NCBI GenBank assembly: GCA_964522265.1
Contig: CAZFVS010000036.1
Location: 1-9,256, forward strand
Direction: 5' to 3'
DNA from: an uncultured Gammaproteobacteria bacterium
GTDB taxonomy: Bacteria; Patescibacteriota; Microgenomatia; Daviesbacterales; UBA10151
Length of the DNA stretch: 9,256 bases
In this document: positions 1 to 4,563 of the stretch, one piece after another
Position numbering within the stretch: the first letter of the stretch is position 1
How the letters are laid out: each line of letters starts with the position of its first letter
The notes under the pieces: model-generated
What the model saw: only the letters and a program-made list of their open reading frames with translations
What the model was told of the DNA's origin: nothing
The model's database searches: none
Position numbers and translations under genes: made by a program

Positions 1-134
1 GTGATTCTGAAGGTAAATTTATGGGGAAATTGCAACTTGATTCAGGAGAAAATACATTGACGGTTACAGCCTTTTCAGATGGCGGAGAAGAAAAAACTTT
101 AAGTGTAGATATTGTATACAACCCAAAATCATAA
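1..134 (+). CDS. 3' end of a gene truncated by the window edge; possible surface or Ig-like-fold protein tail
   Basis: Frame 3 is open from the window edge to TAA at 132-134. It translates as DSEGKFMGKLQLDSGENTLTVTAFSDGGEEKTLSVDIVYNPKS*. The alternating hydrophobic/polar pattern (TLTVTAF, LSVDIVY) is beta-strand-like. It is absent from the ORF track because it is truncated and short. Confidence 0.4.
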   Translation, partial: DSEGKFMGKLQLDSGENTLTVTAFSDGGEEKTLSVDIVYNPKS

Positions 135-135
135 T

Positions 136-849
136 ATGAAAAATCTAATAAAATTCTTCTGCCTGGTGGTTATTTTGGCTCTATTTGTAATTGGCCAGAA
201 CCAACTTTTTGCAAAATCTGATAACTCATCCGAAGGCAGTTCCAATAGAGGTAAATCAGAAATAAAGGATCAGGACAAAAGTCAGGATAGTGCCGGTAAT
301 CGGGGAAAGCCAGAGCAATCTGACGATGATGCAGACCATGATAATGATAAAAGTCAAGGTAAAATCACGAAAGCAAGCAGAGAAGATGAAAAAGAAATGG
401 AGGAAGAAGAAAAAGAAATGGAAATAAAGAAGGAAGAAGCAAGTAAGAGTAGTAAGGTTAAGGTAAAAAAACTTGAAAAAATTGAAGTGAGAGAGGCAAC
501 GCAGTCAGCTCAAGGGAAAAGACATGCAATCCAGGGGTTAGTAACTGCAATAGATGGTTTAATGATTACTTTAGTACACCAAATACAAAGAGATAGGGTT
601 TATAAAGTTTTATATAGTAGCTCAACATTAATTAAAAGCAAAGAAAGTTCGGGAAGCGCCAGCCTGCAGGTTGGTTTGAGGATCATAGTGGTGGGTGATT
701 TGAATGACCAGGGAGTTTTAGTTGCCAAAAGGATATTTGTAATTCCAGGTAAAGCAACAGGAATTTTTAAAAGGCTTCCACTCTCAACATCTTCTGCCAC
801 ACCCAGTGCATCTGTTTGGGCCAGTCCTTCTGCCAGCCTGAGTCCTTGA
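136..849 (+). CDS. secreted protein with an N-terminal signal peptide, a long acidic/charged low-complexity linker and a C-terminal DUF5666-like beta-barrel region
   Basis: The track ORF is 112-849 with a TTG start. The in-frame ATG at 136 gives MKNLIKFFCLVVILALFVIGQNQLFA/KSD, a classic signal peptide (n-region, h-region, cleavage site). A D/E/K/S-rich region follows, with repeated NRGK(S/P)E and EKEME units. The C-terminal part GLVTAIDGLMITL...SLQVGLRIIVVGDLNDQGVLVAKRIFVI fits the DUF5666 pattern as I remember it. Confidence 0.7.
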   Translation: MKNLIKFFCLVVILALFVIGQNQLFAKSDNSSEGSSNRGKSEIKDQDKSQDSAGNRGKPEQSDDDADHDNDKSQGKITKASREDEKEMEEEEKEMEIKKEEASKSSKVKVKKLEKIEVREATQSAQGKRHAIQGLVTAIDGLMITLVHQIQRDRVYKVLYSSSTLIKSKESSGSASLQVGLRIIVVGDLNDQGVLVAKRIFVIPGKATGIFKRLPLSTSSATPSASVWASPSASLSP

Positions 850-852
850 TGA

Positions 853-2268
853 TCAGTTGATGCGGGGGAAAAGAGGGGGAGCAGATTTTATTTCTCCTGA
901 AAATTGATTTAAAATTTTTTCTGAAGTTTGAGGCAAAAATGGTTGAAGATTATATGCAATTTTTTGGATTAACCTAACTAACTCATCTAAAACTTCTGCC
1001 AGATTGTTGTCCTCCAACTCCCATGGCCTGGTTCCATTAATTCTTTGATCGGTCATTGATACAATTTTCCAGATCCATTGTAAGGCTTCATTAAATCTAT
1101 ATTCCTTGATTAGTTTTTCCACCTCCGGGTCAAACCTTTCCTCCAATTTTGGAGCAGTAAAATTTATCTTTTCGCAAAGCTTGGCAACCCTTGCAACTAA
1201 ATTTCCGATCCCGTTAGCCAGATCTGCATTATAAACTTCTTCAAGTCTTTCCGGATCAAAATCCCCATCATTATTAATCGGAATTTGGGAAAGCATATAA
1301 AATCTCACTGGTTCCAAGCCATACTTATCCATGATCTCTTGCGGCTGCGGAGCATTGCCTAAAGATTTCGAGAATTTTTCGCCGCCCTTAGCATTGACAA
1401 AGCCGTGGATTAAAATCTGTTTTGGTAAAGGTAATCCGGCAGAGAGAAGCATCGCCGGCCAATAAACGGTATGGAATCTGTTAATATCTTTTCCGATAAT
1501 ATGCAGGTCAGCCGGCCACCACTTTTCCCATAAATTTTCATCCCAGCCAAAACCCACCCCTGTCATATAAATATTTAATGCATCAAACCAGACATAGATT
1601 TTTTGACTGTCATCACCCGGTATGGGAACCCCGACCCCTTGCGCCCTGGCATTAGACCTGGAGATACTGAAATCTTCCAGTCCGCTTTTTATAAAAGATA
1701 AAGCTTCGGCTTTTTTATTTTCAGGAGTAATTTTAAACTCTCCGGATTCAATCAGTTTAATAAGCCGGTTCTGATATTTTGAAAGCCTGAAAAAATAATT
1801 TTCTTCCTTTATAAAATCAGGTTTTTGCTTATGAATAGGACAGAGTCCTTCCTGCAGGTCAGATTCTGTTTTAAAGCTTTCACAGCCGATGCAGTAGTAT
1901 CCTTCATAAACTTTTTTATAAATGTCCCCGCTTTTATCACAGAGTTGCCAAAGTTTTTGAACACCCGGCCAATGTTTTTTTTGGTCCGAGCCCCTTTGGA
2001 AGACATCCAGACGGACACCAACCAGCTCATAAGTGTTCTGCCATATTTTAGAATACTTATCCAGATATTCCTGAACCTCCAACCCTTCTTTTTGGGCTGC
2101 CTGGACATTTTTTAGTGCATTTTCATCTGCACCTGAGAGCAATAGTGTCTCATCTCCAGTTAGCTGATGATAGCGCCTGACGGTGTCAGCCTGAAAATAT
2201 TCTAAAGTATGGCCTATGTGTGCACGGCCATTTACATAAGGGATGGCAGTGGTCAAATAATATTTCAT
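853..2268 (-). CDS. metG: methionyl-tRNA synthetase, short form without the C-terminal tRNA-binding appendage
   Basis: The N-terminus reads TTAIPYVNGRAHIGH (class I HIGH motif in MetRS context). KFSKSLGN is the KMSKS motif. YCIGCESF...LCPIH is a zinc-knuckle insertion, and the WFDAL and YVWFDA blocks are present. An AGGAG Shine-Dalgarno lies 9 nt upstream of the ATG. Confidence 0.95.
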   Translation of the reverse strand: MKYYLTTAIPYVNGRAHIGHTLEYFQADTVRRYHQLTGDETLLLSGADENALKNVQAAQKEGLEVQEYLDKYSKIWQNTYELVGVRLDVFQRGSDQKKHWPGVQKLWQLCDKSGDIYKKVYEGYYCIGCESFKTESDLQEGLCPIHKQKPDFIKEENYFFRLSKYQNRLIKLIESGEFKITPENKKAEALSFIKSGLEDFSISRSNARAQGVGVPIPGDDSQKIYVWFDALNIYMTGVGFGWDENLWEKWWPADLHIIGKDINRFHTVYWPAMLLSAGLPLPKQILIHGFVNAKGGEKFSKSLGNAPQPQEIMDKYGLEPVRFYMLSQIPINNDGDFDPERLEEVYNADLANGIGNLVARVAKLCEKINFTAPKLEERFDPEVEKLIKEYRFNEALQWIWKIVSMTDQRINGTRPWELEDNNLAEVLDELVRLIQKIAYNLQPFLPQTSEKILNQFSGEIKSAPPLFPRIN

Positions 2269-2627
2269 AGTTTTAATCTCCTGAACTTTGAAAGTGTATG
2301 GATTTTTTTGTATTTTGTCAAACTTTGCCTTGCTGAGATAAAAAGAAAGAGTGTAATAAGAAAGGTAATTAAAAATGTGGCAAAATTAAATAGGTTAACA
2401 GCCCAAAGTACGATTATAAACATAAACCCCAATCCTAAAGCAAAACTACCTGGGGTATAGTTTAAAAATAGATTTATTAAGGTTGTAAAAAATAAGAGTA
2501 GGGGAACAAAAAAAACTAATATTTGGAATATTGATGCATTTTCCCAGGATAGAGGTGGCTCGATAAAGTAAACTATGAGCACAATTAAAACAAGACTAAG
2601 CAGCATAAAGAAAATTCTTTTTAACAT
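2265..2627 (-). CDS. small integral membrane protein (about 4 predicted TM segments), function unknown
   Basis: The 120-aa ORF is highly hydrophobic with several ~20-aa apolar stretches. Its stop overlaps the metG start (ATGA, 2265-2268), implying translational coupling. I recognise no family. Confidence 0.6.
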   Translation of the reverse strand: MLKRIFFMLLSLVLIVLIVYFIEPPLSWENASIFQILVFFVPLLLFFTTLINLFLNYTPGSFALGLGFMFIIVLWAVNLFNFATFLITFLITLFLFISARQSLTKYKKIHTLSKFRRLKL

Positions 2628-2679
2628 ATATGTATATTAATTTTAACCCAAATTTGACTTTTATGGTAAACTATTACAT

Positions 2680-2961
2680 ATGCGTGAAACTGAATACACT
2701 GGTTTTAACGATACTGCAGGATTAATCCCTGAGAAGATAAAAGAATTTCTTGATGTTTTAAAAAGAAAGTTATTCCCTGAAGATCCGGTTATTGCACAAG
2801 GGATATCGGAAGATCCTCTTACAGAAATGCAGAAATTATGCAAAATTATGCAAAATAATAGGGATTCTTACTATGCGCTACTATTTTCTAGGCGACTTTG
2901 GGTTTTATCGAAACAATTACCAAATTACTTAAAAAAAACCAGATCAGCTTCCAAGGCTTAA
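2680..2961 (+). CDS. hypothetical 93-aa protein
   Basis: This is the longest ORF in the interval; the competing minus-strand ORF 2661-2843 is shorter. There is no recognisable motif and no clear Shine-Dalgarno. Its TAA stop (2959-2961) is the first triplet of repeat copy 1. Confidence 0.4.
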   Translation: MRETEYTGFNDTAGLIPEKIKEFLDVLKRKLFPEDPVIAQGISEDPLTEMQKLCKIMQNNRDSYYALLFSRRLWVLSKQLPNYLKKTRSASKA

Positions 2962-3016
2962 ATTCCAATAATTTCAAAAGCAGAACCTCCTGGATTTTTT
3001 GAAACCTCAATTCTTA
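2959..3016. repeat. direct repeat copy 1 (detached duplicate of the sbcC 3' end)
   Basis: 2959-3011 is identical to 4561-4613 (53 nt: TAAATTCCAATAATTTCAAAAGCAGAACCTCCTGGATTTTTTGAAACCTCAAT). Partial identity continues to about 3016. The minus-strand reading gives K-L-RIEVSKNPGGSAFEIIGI*. Confidence 0.9.
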
Positions 3017-3038
3017 ATTTTGTGATATTATCAGACTT

Positions 3039-3359
3039 ATGATTTTGGCTACTGCTATTTCTAAAAATGGTGTGAAGGTGCGTTTAACTAAAGAGCGCTG
3101 GGAACATGTTATAAAAACACATCAAGAGATAGAAAAAAACGATTTTTCTAAATTTGTGAAAGTAATTTCTGAACCTGGGTTTATTCTTAAAGGGAATAAA
3201 GGAGAACTTTTAGCGATTAAAAAAGTACCTAGAAAAAAGCTATGGATTGTGGTACCATACAAAGAGTTAAGTAAACAAGATGGTTTTGTATTAACCGCTT
3301 ATTTTACAAGCGATTTATTTTGGTTGTTTAAAAAGGAGATGATATGGAGCAGGCAATAA
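3039..3359 (+). CDS. small toxin-like protein partnered with DUF2283 (DUF4258-like or related; family uncertain)
   Basis: The 106-aa ORF overlaps the downstream DUF2283 gene by 16 nt, a typical type II TA architecture. The pattern RLTKERWEHVIKTHQEI ... GFVLTAYFTS resembles small toxin families found beside DUF2283. The assignment is from memory only. Confidence 0.55.
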   Translation: MILATAISKNGVKVRLTKERWEHVIKTHQEIEKNDFSKFVKVISEPGFILKGNKGELLAIKKVPRKKLWIVVPYKELSKQDGFVLTAYFTSDLFWLFKKEMIWSRQ

Positions 3360-3586
3360 TTAATTCTGGAAAATTAGCAATACCTGATTTTATATATTTA
3401 GCCAAATATAGTCACGACCAATTATTTATTGATTATGATGAAGAGGCAGATGTTTTATATGTCAGTTTTGGTAAACCCCAAGCAGCTGATGACTCTGTTC
3501 ATGGGGAGGACGATATTATTAGAAGAAAAAAAAGGGAAAAAATTATTGGTTTAACAGTACTTAATGCCAGCCGTTTTAAGAAGTAA
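3344..3586 (+). CDS. DUF2283-family protein (putative antitoxin-like partner)
   Basis: YDEEADVLYVSFGKP ... KIIGLTVLNAS matches the DUF2283 signature (YD-x-E-x-D-x-LY-[IV] ... G-[IL]-x-[IV]-L-x-AS). A strong AAGGAG Shine-Dalgarno lies about 8 nt upstream of the ATG at 3344. Confidence 0.7.
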   Translation: MEQAIINSGKLAIPDFIYLAKYSHDQLFIDYDEEADVLYVSFGKPQAADDSVHGEDDIIRRKKREKIIGLTVLNASRFKK

Positions 3587-3679
3587 ACTTGGTGAGTTTC
3601 TCATCACATACCATAAGCAGAGTTGTTGGTAATCATATAAAAATTATATCAAAGCCAGGGTTTAATAAGCAAAGAATAC

Positions 3680-3871
3680 TTAAATTCCAATAATTTCAAA
3701 AGCAGAACCTCCAGCATTTTTTTGAAACTTCAATTCTGATTGGAAAGTTCTCTTTATGGTATTATTGGGCGGTTCAACACAATAAATAACAACACCCAAA
3801 ATAAGAGCAGAAAATACCACAAGGAAGATTTTTTTAAAATATGCATTTGATATATTGTATTGCATAAGCAT
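3680..3871 (-). CDS. chimeric 63-aa mini-ORF with a TM-helix N-terminus fused to a remnant of the SbcC C-terminus; possibly a non-functional junction ORF
   Basis: The C-terminal residues ...KNAGGSAFEIIGI* come from repeat copy 2. The N-terminal FKKIFLVVFSALILGVVIYCVEPP resembles LKRIFFMLLSLVLIVLIVYFIEPP of the 120-aa membrane protein at 2265-2627. No Shine-Dalgarno is seen, and only 23 nt separate it from the divergent 222-aa gene. Confidence 0.3.
   Translation of the reverse strand: MLMQYNISNAYFKKIFLVVFSALILGVVIYCVEPPNNTIKRTFQSELKFQKNAGGSAFEIIGI
3681..3752. repeat. direct repeat copy 2 (diverged remnant of the sbcC 3' end)
   Basis: 3681-3712 is identical to the first 32 nt of copies 1 and 3. 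After that it has AGCA where they have TGGA, and a T7 run where they have T6. It also has one 1-nt deletion and scattered substitutions. Similarity to sbcC sequence 4614-4632 is traceable to about 3752. Confidence 0.85.
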
Positions 3872-3894
3872 TTGTAGTTAAATGCTATTTGAGC

Positions 3895-4563
3895 ATGACT
3901 GAAAAATTAGCAGAAATATCAGAAAAAGACCTGCAGGATTATTTTGGAGATAATACGGCTAAAGGCAGAGTCTATTTAGACGGCGAAACTCCATTTTTGC
4001 AACTTCATAAATTTGCAGATGTTTATACTCTTTTTTGGAGAAGCAAGCCCGAAGATAAAATCTTGAGAGACCTGACACCTAAATTACACGAAGAAGTTAT
4101 CAGAAACCAAAATGCTCACTTTGAGGAGCTACCGATATCGATCAGGTTTGCAGTTTTAGAGACAGTAAGAAACAGTGGAAAGATGGAAAGGCTTACCGGG
4201 GTAAGAAAATATTATAAGGTTGATAGGTTAAAACCGGAATCTTTCGGTAAGAAAATCGGAACTTTCCTTGATAAAAACCTTTCAGCTGCAGTTTCACTTC
4301 TCACAAGATTAAGCGTTGACCCTGCATCACCCTACCAACCACACATTTTGTCTTTTTGGACGGGCACAAAGAGATTTTCAAATAAAAATATAGAAACAGG
4401 ATTAATGGTTGCTTATGGGCCGTGTCTGCCAAGGGAATCTTTAAGGGAGCTATTATCTAAAACATCGCCTTTTTTTGGAAAAATAGGAGAAACTGCAACA
4501 GAATCTTTTGTAGAAAAATTAATTGCAGAGCAGGGTCTAAACGTAAGATTTACTCGAGGCTAA
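3895..4563 (+). CDS. hypothetical 222-aa protein, no recognisable family (orphan cargo of cassette B)
   Basis: A long ORF (track 3889-4563 with a TTG start; ATG at 3895 preferred). Its composition looks soluble and mixed alpha/beta. No catalytic or nucleotide-binding motif is recognisable by eye. The TAA stop (4561-4563) is the first triplet of repeat copy 3 and overlaps the sbcC stop. Confidence 0.6.
   Translation: MTEKLAEISEKDLQDYFGDNTAKGRVYLDGETPFLQLHKFADVYTLFWRSKPEDKILRDLTPKLHEEVIRNQNAHFEELPISIRFAVLETVRNSGKMERLTGVRKYYKVDRLKPESFGKKIGTFLDKNLSAAVSLLTRLSVDPASPYQPHILSFWTGTKRFSNKNIETGLMVAYGPCLPRESLRELLSKTSPFFGKIGETATESFVEKLIAEQGLNVRFTRG

Larger units (their letters stand above)
2959..4560. mobile_element. 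candidate integrated cassette island of two tandem cassettes, bounded and divided by direct repeats of the sbcC 3' end
   Basis: Direct repeats lie at 2959-3016, 3681-3752 and 4561-4616. The cargo genes are accessory-type (a TA-like pair and an orphan). Read on the minus strand, copy 1 still encodes the SbcC C-terminus. No integrase is present in the window. Confidence 0.4.

Noticed and set aside
112-135. TTG start at 112 for the secreted protein (and likewise TTG at 3889 for the orphan gene), as given by the ORF track.
   Set aside because: The in-frame ATG at 136 begins a canonical signal peptide, and the 8 extra residues (MYTTQNHN) overlap the end of the upstream gene. At 3889 the ATG two codons downstream (3895) is the more conventional start.
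2640-2679. Promoter-like hexamers (TTGACT, TGGTAAACT) in the divergent intergenic region between the membrane gene and the 93-aa ORF.
   Set aside because: The spacing between the -35-like and -10-like elements is wrong at 7 nt. In AT-rich DNA such hexamers occur by chance, so no feature was called.
3591-3605. Small hairpin GGTGAG-TTT-CTCATC just after the DUF2283 gene, considered as a terminator.
   Set aside because: It is a 6-bp stem that needs a G:U pair, with a 3-nt loop and no downstream T-run. It cannot be distinguished from chance.
3895-4563. The 222-aa orphan considered as the missing integrase or recombinase of the island.
   Set aside because: I see no tyrosine-recombinase R..H-x-x-R..Y arrangement, no serine-recombinase N-terminal catalytic motif and no DDE pattern. 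The call cannot be supported from sequence alone, so it is kept only as a question in the findings.
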